DNA from: Candidatus Microgenomates bacterium
Lineage (GTDB): Bacteria; Patescibacteriota; JACPGU01
NCBI GenBank assembly: GCA_016188915.1
Contig: JACPGU010000002.1
Location: 158,346-222,345, forward strand
Direction of reading: 5' to 3'
DNA length: 64,000 nt
Part shown: positions 20,488-29,663 of the stretch, one piece after another
How positions within the stretch are numbered: position 1 is the stretch's first letter
Layout: each line of letters opens with the position of its first letter
Position numbers and translations under genes: made by a program
The notes under the pieces: generated by a model
The model's database searches: none
What the model saw: the letters and a program-made list of their open reading frames with translations, nothing else
Told to the model about the DNA's origin: nothing

Positions 20488-21627
20488 TTAAAGCACAGTA
20501 TTGTCAGCCACCACCCTATTCCTCCCCTCTCTTTTGGCGCGGTAGAGAGCAATATCTGCGCGTTGCAGAATCTTTGTCAAGCCTTCCCTACCTGAAGCAA
20601 CACCGATACTGACAGTGATGCTCCCTGCCGAGATTTCCGGAATAAATACTGTTTTTTCGCAGACTTGCCGGATACTTTCAGCGATTCTTTTGGCTTCTTC
20701 TAGCTCTTTTTCCAAAATTATCGCAAATTCTTCTCCGCCGAGACGAAACGCCACTCCCTCTGCTTCCTGTAATATCCTGGCTAGCCCCACTAACACCTCG
20801 TCTCCTTTGGCGTGGCCTAAGGCATCATTGACCTTTTTGAAAAAATCGATATCAAGCGCGATGACGGAATATGTGACTTCAGGCTTCAGCTCTTTTTCCC
20901 ATTCATGCCAATACCGGCGGTTGAAAAGTCCCGTGAGAGGGTCTATGATGGCTCTTTCTGTTTGCTTTTGGGCGTAAAGATGACTTGCGGTCAAGTGGCA
21001 AAGTGTTTTGAAAAAGCCGTAATCCTCACGGGAAAATTCTTTGGCGGAGGCGCCAAAAATAGCGCCGAAATTTTCGGAGGCAAAGGTAAGACGACAACCC
21101 ATCAGATTTTTCGGTAGGATTTCGCTTCTACCAAATCTGTCATCAGACGCAGTATTGTTGGAAAGAAATGGCAGAGAAATACCGGACAAAATTTCTTCTT
21201 CCGCGCGACGAAAAGTGCCTCGCGGGAAAGCGAGGCGAAAACCATTCAAGAAGTCCTCTCCACCAGCGAAAATATCGCGCAGTTTTTCCATGACTGCAAA
21301 TTGATGATTTCTTTTCTTGATTTTTTCAAAAATAGTTCCCAGCGCGCCGCCAAGCGCTAAATAAAATATAACGGTGGCAAAGAGGTCTATTTCTCTGGCG
21401 CCGATCCCATTTCTTTCTATAGAGAGAAAAATAAAAGGCGCGAGAAAGTAGGAGGAAGCCACTGCCGTCCAGAGGCCACCTTCGGTTCCGTACCAAAAAG
21501 CGCCGAGAACAATAGACGCAAAAAGCAAAAAACGCGCCGACAAATTAGCGTCAATAGCGGTAACTTGACCGGTATAAAGCAGAAAAACGCAAGCCAGAAC
21601 AGCAACAGTAATAAGGGAATGTTTCAT
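20488..21627 (-). CDS. Membrane-bound diguanylate cyclase (GGDEF)
   Basis: N-terminal TMs; DPLTGLFNRR, DIDFFKKVND..GH..GD, RLGGEEF, AD.ALYRAK..GRN. Confidence 0.92.
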   Translation of the reverse strand: MKHSLITVAVLACVFLLYTGQVTAIDANLSARFLLFASIVLGAFWYGTEGGLWTAVASSYFLAPFIFLSIERNGIGAREIDLFATVIFYLALGGALGTIFEKIKKRNHQFAVMEKLRDIFAGGEDFLNGFRLAFPRGTFRRAEEEILSGISLPFLSNNTASDDRFGRSEILPKNLMGCRLTFASENFGAIFGASAKEFSREDYGFFKTLCHLTASHLYAQKQTERAIIDPLTGLFNRRYWHEWEKELKPEVTYSVIALDIDFFKKVNDALGHAKGDEVLVGLARILQEAEGVAFRLGGEEFAIILEKELEEAKRIAESIRQVCEKTVFIPEISAGSITVSIGVASGREGLTKILQRADIALYRAKREGRNRVVADNTVL

Positions 21628-22409
21628 AACAAAATATTAACGAAAACCAGGACGATGGCAGAAGCGACAGTGGAAGGGATCAGGCTTTTGGTTCGTTCTG
21701 CCAGATAACAAAAGACGAAACCTTCAAAAACAACGTAATAAATAGCGGAAGCCAAAAGTCCCCGACTGGCAAAATAGACAGGATTAGTGAGGAACGGCAA
21801 GAGATAAAAAGTGGTAGAAATGATAGTGGCAACAAGAAAAGAAAAATTGTTTTTTTGACGCAACCGCAGGAAAAGCATCCCACGAAAAAATATCTCCATG
21901 CCCAGAACGCCAAAGGCTATCTCTGGTAGGATTTTGACCCAAAGATTGGACCAGACGATAGGCGGAAAAGTAAAGCTAGCTAGATAAAAAGTAGCAAGCA
22001 TGTGAGAGACGACAATAGTGGCGACGAAAATACCCAGCGTGATATTTGATAGCAACTTCTTGGGAGAAAAGCCAAATTTACCAGAGCTTTGACGGTGGTA
22101 ATAGAAAATAGCGCCGAAGACAGGCCAGAATGCAGGAATTATGAAGTATGAATTATGAAGTACGAAAACAGCAAGAAGAAATAGCGAGATAACGATGACA
22201 GCGCGAGGAAAACTTTTCAAAATTATGCCGAGTGGGAGAAGAAAGAAAAGAATTATTTGCGTAGCGTTAAGTATCGGCGAGAGCATATTTTCCGGCAATG
22301 CTCTGCGGGCAAAAAATTCTATACTGATATTAGTTACCGCCAAAAGAAAAACCACTATTGTTAGTCGGTCAATACTGATACCGTTTGTCTCTTTTGGCTT
22401 TTTCTCCAT
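21624..22409 (-). CDS. CPBP/Abi-like multi-pass membrane protein (degenerate motifs)
   Basis: MEIFFRG, YLAERTKSLIPS; multiple TMs. Confidence 0.7.
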   Translation of the reverse strand: MEKKPKETNGISIDRLTIVVFLLAVTNISIEFFARRALPENMLSPILNATQIILFFLLPLGIILKSFPRAVIVISLFLLAVFVLHNSYFIIPAFWPVFGAIFYYHRQSSGKFGFSPKKLLSNITLGIFVATIVVSHMLATFYLASFTFPPIVWSNLWVKILPEIAFGVLGMEIFFRGMLFLRLRQKNNFSFLVATIISTTFYLLPFLTNPVYFASRGLLASAIYYVVFEGFVFCYLAERTKSLIPSTVASAIVLVFVNILL

Positions 22410-22448
22410 AGAGCCATTTTAACATAACAAAGGTGTTATGATGGTAGT

Positions 22449-23924
22449 ATGAAAAATATTTTCACTCCGTCAAAAATTTTTCTCTACCTTTTGCTTTCTT
22501 TTATTGCGGGGGTATTTTTGGCGCCACTAGCGCCGATGACTGGGATAATTTTGGCAGGAGCTTTTGTCGTCGCTTTTTCTTTATTTTTTCCAAAACCCGT
22601 CCCAATAATCTCAATCGTCTTGGTCTCCCTAATGATTCTGGGTTTCCTCCGCTATCAATTGTATTTACCAAAAATCGACGCGGGTCATATCGGCTTTTAC
22701 AACGGTCAGGAATTAGTTGTCGATGGGATCGTCGATGCGGAACCAAGCAATGACGATACAAAACTCAAAGTCCAAATCTCAAAGATCAAGATCCGGACAG
22801 AAAAAGAATTTTTGAGTCTCAAAGGAGATATTCTAGCTGAACTGCCAAGAAATGTGGATGTGAAATACGGCGACCAGATTCGCTTCAAAGCCAAGCTCAA
22901 AAAGCCGACTGATAGTATAGACTTCTCTTATTCCAATTATTTGGCCAAAGCGGGGATCTATAGCATCGCGCAAAATGTAGAAAAATTTGAAATCATCGCG
23001 AGCGGCAAAGGCTCGTTAATAGTTTCCGCACTTTATCAAACTAAAGCGGCTTTCGTGGAAAAAATAAAAAAGATTTTTCCCGAACCGCACGCGGGGATGA
23101 TTCAAGGATTGATCTTGGGTGGGAAGGGCACTCTGCCTGATTATTTGGTCGCGCTCTTCCAAATCGTTGGTATCACGCATATAGTGGCTATTTCCGGCTA
23201 CAATATTTCTATCCTGGCCAAAATTTCCGAGGGGCTTATCGGGCGCTGGCATCGAAAGCTATCTCTCTGGGGAACTTTGTTCCTCATCGCGGGGCTGGTC
23301 ATTATTACTGGCGCGCAAGCTTCAGTAGTTCGCGCCGGGATTATGGGAGCGGTTCTGGTTTTGGCGGGGTTTGTTGATCGCAAAAACAACCCTCTCAACG
23401 CGCTTGTTTTGGTCGGCACGATAATGATATTCTTCAATCCTCTTATCCTGCGAGACGATGTGGGCTTCCAGCTTTCCTTTTTGGCGACGCTCGGCATCGT
23501 ACTTTTTTTTCCTATTTTTTCACATATTTTTCGCAAAGTGCCGGAGCCTTTTTCTGAAGCTTTGTCGGCCACGCTAGCCGCGCAGACGCTGGCTCTGCCT
23601 ATCTTGATTACCAATTTCGGCGCGCTATCTCTCATCTCCCCTTTGGCCAATATGATTATTTTGCCTTTGATACCGGTCGCTATGACGCTCGGATTTTTCT
23701 CAGGCGTTTTGGCCTTCATTAATCTTTATCTTGGGCAGATGCTAGCTTTTTTCGGCTACGCGGTGTTAGATTTGATAATCAAAATCTCTGAATTTTTGGC
23801 GCGTATCCCCTACGCGTATCTGGAAATAAAAAGTGGCAAACTGGCAGTATGGTTGATATGGTGTGTTATACTATTGGTATTATTAGTAGCCAAACGAAAG
23901 GAGACACTATGGAAGAAGAAATGA
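22449..23924 (+). CDS. comEC: ComEC/Rec2 competence channel (OB + Competence domains)
   Basis: GITHIVAISGYNI, SVVRAGIM, GFQLSFLAT. Confidence 0.93.
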   Translation: MKNIFTPSKIFLYLLLSFIAGVFLAPLAPMTGIILAGAFVVAFSLFFPKPVPIISIVLVSLMILGFLRYQLYLPKIDAGHIGFYNGQELVVDGIVDAEPSNDDTKLKVQISKIKIRTEKEFLSLKGDILAELPRNVDVKYGDQIRFKAKLKKPTDSIDFSYSNYLAKAGIYSIAQNVEKFEIIASGKGSLIVSALYQTKAAFVEKIKKIFPEPHAGMIQGLILGGKGTLPDYLVALFQIVGITHIVAISGYNISILAKISEGLIGRWHRKLSLWGTLFLIAGLVIITGAQASVVRAGIMGAVLVLAGFVDRKNNPLNALVLVGTIMIFFNPLILRDDVGFQLSFLATLGIVLFFPIFSHIFRKVPEPFSEALSATLAAQTLALPILITNFGALSLISPLANMIILPLIPVAMTLGFFSGVLAFINLYLGQMLAFFGYAVLDLIIKISEFLARIPYAYLEIKSGKLAVWLIWCVILLVLLVAKRKETLWKKK

Positions 23925-24142
23925 AAGATGTCGCTCCCGCGTGTTCAGCCTGTGGCGGAGTAACCGCTGGTTGCAAATGCGAAGCTTGTGGCCTTGATGC
24001 CGAAGGTAGCAGTTGCGGTTGTGAGTGTGGCGCTACCTCTTGCAAGCCAAAGTGCGCGTCTTGCGGAGAAGCAGACTCCAAGTGCGCTTGCCAGAGGATA
24101 GAAGCGGAAGCGCCGGCCCCAGAAGCCGCTCCGGCAATGTAG
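23909..24142 (+). CDS. 77-aa cysteine-rich metallothionein-like protein
   Basis: AAAGGAGA RBS before ATG 23909; 13 Cys in CxC/CxxC motifs; terminator at 24160-24198. Confidence 0.7.
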   Translation: MEEEMKDVAPACSACGGVTAGCKCEACGLDAEGSSCGCECGATSCKPKCASCGEADSKCACQRIEAEAPAPEAAPAM

Positions 24143-24244
24143 CTTTTGATTGTCAAAACAAAAAACAAGTCCCGGTATCACTGGGGCTTGTTTTTTTTGG
24201 CTTTGTACGTTATAATTTATGGCAATTATTTTTAAATATCTCTT

Positions 24245-25402
24245 ATGTCGCAAAAATCTTTGGCAAAAAAAGCGGAGGAACTTTTGGCGCTAGCCGATAT
24301 TCAAATCGGCGGGAGCAGACCGTGGGATATTCAAGTGCGCAATCCTCGTCTTTATAAAAGGATCTTGGCTTCCGGGTCGCTCGGCGCCGGCGAAGCCTAT
24401 ATGGACGGCTGGTGGGATTGCGAAGCGCTCGATGTGATGCTTGCCAAGATCATTGAGGCCAATCTAGAGAAAAAGGTAAAAATCAAAACTTTCTTCTGGG
24501 AAGCTCTCAAGGCAAAGACTTTTAATTTCCAAAGCAAAAATCGCGCTTTTGAGATAGGCCAGAAACATTACGACATCGGCAATGATTTATATGAGCGAAT
24601 GCTGGATGAAAAAATGAATTACACTTGCGGTTATTGGAGCGCGCCGAAAAATCCCGCTAAAAATCTGGATGAGGCGCAAGTAGCTAAGCTAGATTTGGTT
24701 TGTCGAAAAATCGGATTGAAAAAAGGTGATCGGGTGCTGGATATCGGTTGCGGTTGGGGCAACAGCGCCAAATATATGGCCGAAAAATACGGTGCTAGCG
24801 TAGTGGGCATTACGGTGTCCCAAGAGCAAAAGAAATTGGGAGACAAACTCTGCGCTGGACTGCCGGTAGAGATTCGTCTCCAAGACTACCGCGACATTGA
24901 CCCTTCGACTTTGCTCGGGACAAGCGAACGATTCGACCACATCATTTCGCTGGGCATGTTCGAGCATGTGGGAGTGAAAAATTATCGCGAGTATATGGAG
25001 ATAGCGTGTCGCTCCCTCAAAGAAGGTGGCATATTTCTCCTGCATACTATCGGTGGAGCGTATTCTGTGGGTGGCACCGACCCTTGGATTGCTAAATATA
25101 TTTTTCCCAATTCAATGTTGCCTTCCGTTGCTCAAATCGGCCGTTCTATTGAGGGACTTTTTACTCTGGAAGACTGGCACAATTTCGGCGCTGATTATGA
25201 TCGGACTCTGATGTGTTGGTACGAAAACTTCAATAATCATTGGGATGAAATTAAGGAAAAATACGACGACAGATTTTACCGCATGTGGCGATTTTATCTC
25301 CTTACTTGCGCAGCTTCTTTCCGCACAAGAGCCAATAATCAGCTTTGGCAAATAGTACTCTCCAAAGGTGGAGTGAAGGGTGGATATCGGACGGTAAGAT
25401 AG
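24245..25402 (+). CDS. cfa: Cyclopropane-fatty-acyl-phospholipid synthase
   Basis: GEAYMDGWW, HYDIGNDLY, VLDIGCGWG, GMFEHVG, DPWIAKYIFP. Confidence 0.95.
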   Translation: MSQKSLAKKAEELLALADIQIGGSRPWDIQVRNPRLYKRILASGSLGAGEAYMDGWWDCEALDVMLAKIIEANLEKKVKIKTFFWEALKAKTFNFQSKNRAFEIGQKHYDIGNDLYERMLDEKMNYTCGYWSAPKNPAKNLDEAQVAKLDLVCRKIGLKKGDRVLDIGCGWGNSAKYMAEKYGASVVGITVSQEQKKLGDKLCAGLPVEIRLQDYRDIDPSTLLGTSERFDHIISLGMFEHVGVKNYREYMEIACRSLKEGGIFLLHTIGGAYSVGGTDPWIAKYIFPNSMLPSVAQIGRSIEGLFTLEDWHNFGADYDRTLMCWYENFNNHWDEIKEKYDDRFYRMWRFYLLTCAASFRTRANNQLWQIVLSKGGVKGGYRTVR

Positions 25403-25420
25403 TTTTGTTATACTGGGAGT

Positions 25421-26302
25421 ATGAGGAAAAATAAAAATCAAATCACCTTTACCGCGCTTCTCGCTATCGCGCTGGCGGTATTTTTCTTTTTGCAACAATA
25501 TTCCAAGGCTAATACGCCGGCGGGAGAAGGCTTGCGCGTTTGGTTCTTTGACGTCGGACAGGGAGACGGTATCTTTTTTCGTACAGCTGAAGGAGTGGAT
25601 GTTTTGATTGACGGTGGACCGGGTTCGTCAGTAATAGAGAAACTAGCGAAAGTTCTGCCGGCTTGGGACAAACAAATTGACTACGTCTTTCTCACGCATC
25701 CTCACGCCGATCATTTGGAAGGCTTGATTGAGGTTCTGCAAAGATACGAAGTGAGTAATTTTATTGAGTCGGGGTTTGTGGCCAAAACTGCCGGTTATGA
25801 AAGATTAGAAAAAGAAGCGATGAGCGGAGGGGAGAAAAAAATCATCGCCAAAACCGGCGATCGGTTTGATTTCGGTTCGGACGTTACGGCAGAAGTTTTT
25901 TGGCCAGAGCCGGGGATATTGTCCTCGGCTACCGACACGAACGATTCTTCCATCGTCATGAAATTGTCTTACGGCGAGATAGATTTTTTACTGACTGGCG
26001 ATGCTACGGAAACGGTGGAAAAAGGTTTGCTGGACGATGATTTGAACAGTGAGTTTTTGAAAGTAGCGCATCATGGCTCGCGTTATGCCTCAACCACCGC
26101 TTTTTTGCAAAAAGCGAGTCCTCTAGTTTCTTTTATTTCTTCTGGGAAGGGCAATACCTATGGGCACCCCGCGCCGGAAGCATTACAAAGATTAATCACT
26201 GCGGGCAGTCGCGTCCTGCGCACGGATCTGTCGGGAACGATCGAGGTAGAGGTGGGCAGAGACGGGAGGTGGAAGATCGTTTGCGAAAAGACTTGCAAGT
26301 AA
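25421..26302 (+). CDS. ComEC-type MBL-fold nuclease (stand-alone)
   Basis: FDVGQGD, THPHADHLEG, LKVAHHGS, YGHP. Confidence 0.9.
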   Translation: MRKNKNQITFTALLAIALAVFFFLQQYSKANTPAGEGLRVWFFDVGQGDGIFFRTAEGVDVLIDGGPGSSVIEKLAKVLPAWDKQIDYVFLTHPHADHLEGLIEVLQRYEVSNFIESGFVAKTAGYERLEKEAMSGGEKKIIAKTGDRFDFGSDVTAEVFWPEPGILSSATDTNDSSIVMKLSYGEIDFLLTGDATETVEKGLLDDDLNSEFLKVAHHGSRYASTTAFLQKASPLVSFISSGKGNTYGHPAPEALQRLITAGSRVLRTDLSGTIEVEVGRDGRWKIVCEKTCK

Positions 26303-26515
26303 CTATAAGGAATTTTTAATTTTTTAATTTTTGTAATTTTTAAAATAATTTTTAAATCTTAATTTCTAAACCTGCTTCATTATAGTCTTCATAGTCTTCG
26401 CGAAGCGAGCATTAAAAATTTCATCATTATTTATAAAATTCAAAAATTGACAACGGTATTGAGAACGTCTTTACTAAGGGCTAAAATATTAAGATACTAG
26501 AACTAAGCATCCATT

Positions 26516-27262
26516 ATGTCCGGTCATTCCAAATGGCATAATATTCAGGTCAGAAAAGGCAAACAAGATGCTAAAAGGGCGGGAGCCTTTACGGCGCTTT
26601 CCCGCGCTATCACTGCCGCGGCTCGCGAGGGCGGGGGTGATATTAATATGAATTTCAAACTGCGCATCGCGGTAGAGAGAGCGAAAGCTGTTTCTATGCC
26701 CAAGGATAATATCCAAAAAGCCATTGATCGCGGGACAGGCGCGGGTAGCGGTGTGGCCTTGGTAGCGATAAGCTATGAGGCCAAAGGTCCAGGCGGGATG
26801 GATATTATTGTGGACTGTTTGACAGATAACAAAAATAGAACGGCCTCGGAAATTAAGCATATTTTTACCAAAAACGGAGGAACAGTTGGAGCGCCAGGTT
26901 CGGTTGGTTGGAATTTTGAACAAAAAGGAGTTGTAGTCATAAATCCAAAATCGAAAAACCAAATGCCAAGTCAAGCCCAAAGCTCAAATGACCAAACTAT
27001 TTTAAAGATTATGGATATTGAGGGAGTTGCCGATGTGGAGGAAGACGAAGATGGGATTGAGATTTATACTGCGCCGAAAGAATTAGCGATGGTAAGCCGG
27101 GCGCTAGAAGAGAAAGATTTCAAAATAGAAAAAGCAGAATTAGTAATGAGTCCCAAAAATACGGTGAAATTGGAAGGAGAAAAAGCCGAGCAAGCACTGA
27201 AATTGCTTGAAGCTCTGGACGACTATGATGATACGGAAAATGTCTGGACGAATTTGGGGTAA
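26516..27262 (+). CDS. yebC: YebC/PmpR family protein
   Basis: MSGHSKWHNI, MPKDNI..AI, TDNKNRT. Confidence 0.95.
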   Translation: MSGHSKWHNIQVRKGKQDAKRAGAFTALSRAITAAAREGGGDINMNFKLRIAVERAKAVSMPKDNIQKAIDRGTGAGSGVALVAISYEAKGPGGMDIIVDCLTDNKNRTASEIKHIFTKNGGTVGAPGSVGWNFEQKGVVVINPKSKNQMPSQAQSSNDQTILKIMDIEGVADVEEDEDGIEIYTAPKELAMVSRALEEKDFKIEKAELVMSPKNTVKLEGEKAEQALKLLEALDDYDDTENVWTNLG

Positions 27263-27350
27263 AAAAATAAGGATTTCATAATTTTAGATTTTAAATAGCT
27301 ATTTTTACTCAAAGCTTGTGGTGGGACGGATAGAGTGGTATAATAATGCT

Positions 27351-27722
27351 AGATGAGCTCTATTTTCTAGCCGTTTCGCGTCTCCCCATGTTTTAGTTTT
27401 TAAAAAAGAAAGGGGTGAGGTCATGACAGTAGCTTTTGAGGCTTCCTTTGGAGTATTTGCAATCAGTGCACGAACTTCGCTCCAGACTCCTCGAAAAGCT
27501 CCTATTGTCCAACCGTCCGATCAGTCCAGTCTTCTCGGCCAGCGCGGGTTGCCCAAAGATGTCGCGGGACATCTAGGCAGAGAACATCTTGCGCGAACTA
27601 GAGGAGATATTTTTGCACTGCTTTCGGCGGAGGCCAACTGGCCAGGACATTTTTTTGACCACATCGCATGAGACGCGAAACAGCATAAATCTATGAGAGT
27701 CCCGGGGAACCCGGGCTCTTTT
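27351..27722 (+). ncRNA. Candidate highly structured RNA (contains 82-codon ORF 27423-27671)
   Basis: Promoter TTGTGG-17-TATAAT (27316-27344), nested long-range helices, terminator 27695-27722. Confidence 0.45.
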
Positions 27723-27780
27723 GTTTTGGCAAAAGAAAAGCCCCCGAGGGGGGCAAAAGGTATGTCTTTTTGAAGAAAAA

Positions 27781-28293
27781 TCAGGCCGATTTTTGCGTCT
27801 GGGATTTCAGCACCCATGGTTGCTGAAACTTTTTTATAGCTTCCCGCATTGATTTGGCGAATTCTTCCAGAAAGCGGGTTTTGTCATCATGAGCATAGAA
27901 ATGATGGTGATCTTTAGCGATGGCTTGAGCGATTTTTTCCAGAGGCAGGATGATCTCTTGCCGGATATAGTCTGAAGATAGATCGTTTTTTCGGCGTAAT
28001 TCTCGAGAAAGATTCATGATGGCCTTTCTTGCCAAAAAGGCCAGTGCCAGATTTTGCGTGAAGTGCCGGGCTCTGATTCTCAAAAAGTAGCCGATTGGGT
28101 TAATTCTTTGAAGCGCAAGCCCGCTTAATTTGGGGGATCTTCCGTCCAAAGAGCATTTCAGAAGATCCGCGAACCATTGGAGATAACAGGCGCCATCTTC
28201 GCCACCATCATTGCGAGTGTTGATCGATTCCAAAGTGTCGAGGGCATCTGTTGTTGTCGGTAGTGGATCAATCTTTTCTTGCAAAGTAACCAT
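27781..28293 (-). CDS. Hypothetical protein
   Basis: 170-aa ORF with GGAGG RBS; no recognised motif. Confidence 0.65.
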   Translation of the reverse strand: MVTLQEKIDPLPTTTDALDTLESINTRNDGGEDGACYLQWFADLLKCSLDGRSPKLSGLALQRINPIGYFLRIRARHFTQNLALAFLARKAIMNLSRELRRKNDLSSDYIRQEIILPLEKIAQAIAKDHHHFYAHDDKTRFLEEFAKSMREAIKKFQQPWVLKSQTQKSA

Positions 28294-28448
28294 TTCGTCC
28301 CTCCCGATTTTTTGTTAAGACTTCGCTTTGTTTCGCCAATTATATCAGATAGCGTCTTTTGGCGCAAATGGAGTATACTGGTAAGGAGCAGGGTATGATG
28401 TTTTTTATAAAGTGCACATTTTGCAGAAAAAGATATTGGGATAGTAGA

Positions 28449-28578
28449 AAATTTCTAATTGACCTAATTGCTCTAATTGACCTAAAAAATGCTCAATGAA
28501 CAAATGCCAATAAATAATTTTGAGATTTGGGGCTTGAGATTTGGGAATTATTTAGAAATTAGATCAATTAGAAATTAA
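28449..28578. repeat. Periodic palindromic element, copy 2
   Basis: AATTTCTAATTGACCTAATTGCTCTAATT ... AATTAGATCAATTAGAAATTA, same arms as 17651-17828. Confidence 0.7.
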
Positions 28579-28638
28579 GCAGAGTATGCGCCCAAAGAAT
28601 CAATCGAAATCAAATAAAGTATTGCTAGACATAATACG

Positions 28639-29133
28639 ATGAAAATTTTAGGCATTGATCCGGGGACGGCGATTACGGGGTGGGGAGCGATAGAAGCTCA
28701 AAGTTCAAAGCTCAAAGTTCAAAGCTGCGGAGTGATTATAACCCCCGCCAAACAAAACCAGTCGGTAAGATTGGCGCATATTTTTAGTGAACTGAATTTA
28801 ATTATCAAAAAAACAAAGCCCGATGTGGTGGCGGTGGAAAGGCTTTTTTTTATAAATAACGCCAAGACGGCAATGACGGTGGGTGAAGCGCGCGGAGTCA
28901 TCCTTTTGGCTATTGAAAAAGCAAACCTTCCTCTTTACGAGTACACGCCTCTGCAGGTAAAACAGGCTTTGACCGGCTACGGCAAGGCGGAGAAAAAGCA
29001 GATTCAACTGATGGTCAAGCAAATCTTGCGCCTGAAAGAAACGCCGAAACCGGATGATATGGCTGACGCTTTGGCTATCGCGATTTGCCATCATTTTCAG
29101 AACTATTTGGGGAGCATTATCAAAAAGAAATAG
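28639..29133 (+). CDS. ruvC: Holliday junction resolvase RuvC
   Basis: ILGIDPG, VAVE, GEARGV, TGYGKAEK, DD.ADALAIA. Confidence 0.96.
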   Translation: MKILGIDPGTAITGWGAIEAQSSKLKVQSCGVIITPAKQNQSVRLAHIFSELNLIIKKTKPDVVAVERLFFINNAKTAMTVGEARGVILLAIEKANLPLYEYTPLQVKQALTGYGKAEKKQIQLMVKQILRLKETPKPDDMADALAIAICHHFQNYLGSIIKKK

Positions 29134-29201
29134 CCTATTGTATTGATGTGCTTTGTGCTATGATTAGTAAAAATAAAAAATAAAAATAAAAAAGGAGATT
29201 T

Positions 29202-29558
29202 ATGCCCAAAAGAAAACTGTTTGCTTCCAAAAATATCAGTGGCAAAGCCAAACCTCTTACCAATTCTGCCCTGGGGCTACTCCAGGCAGTAGCTGTTTTT
29301 GGAGGCTTTCTGATTTTAGTGGCAACGATTGATCGTGGTGTTAGCTTTTTTCAAAAACTAGATGGAGCTTCCGGCACTTTATTTATGTTCAATCTTCTGA
29401 TTTTGACTTTTATTTGGGAATTTTTAGCATTGTTTGGCTATCCTATTATTTTGCTGGCGGACAAAAAAGTTTTGAAAGCTTTGGAGATTTTAGCCTATAC
29501 CTTCTTCTGGCTCTTAGCCCTGGTTCTAGTTTTGGTGGTAGTCGTTTCTAATGGATAG
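29202..29558 (+). CDS. Small membrane protein
   Basis: AAGGAG RBS, three hydrophobic segments, downstream terminator. Confidence 0.65.
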   Translation: MPKRKLFASKNISGKAKPLTNSALGLLQAVAVFGGFLILVATIDRGVSFFQKLDGASGTLFMFNLLILTFIWEFLALFGYPIILLADKKVLKALEILAYTFFWLLALVLVLVVVVSNG

Positions 29559-29663
29559 TCTTGTTTTGGAAAATAGCCTCATCTTTTGTAAAGGGTGAGG
29601 CTATTTTTGTTCTAATAGATTTCTTGTGTTAGAATAAAACAATAGATACTAATTTATCCTAAA

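Noticed and set aside
27373-27681. RNase P RNA, tmRNA or 6S identity for the structured region
   Set aside because: No GAGGAAAGUCC-type RNase P motif or tRNA-like ends seen on either strand; longer than 6S
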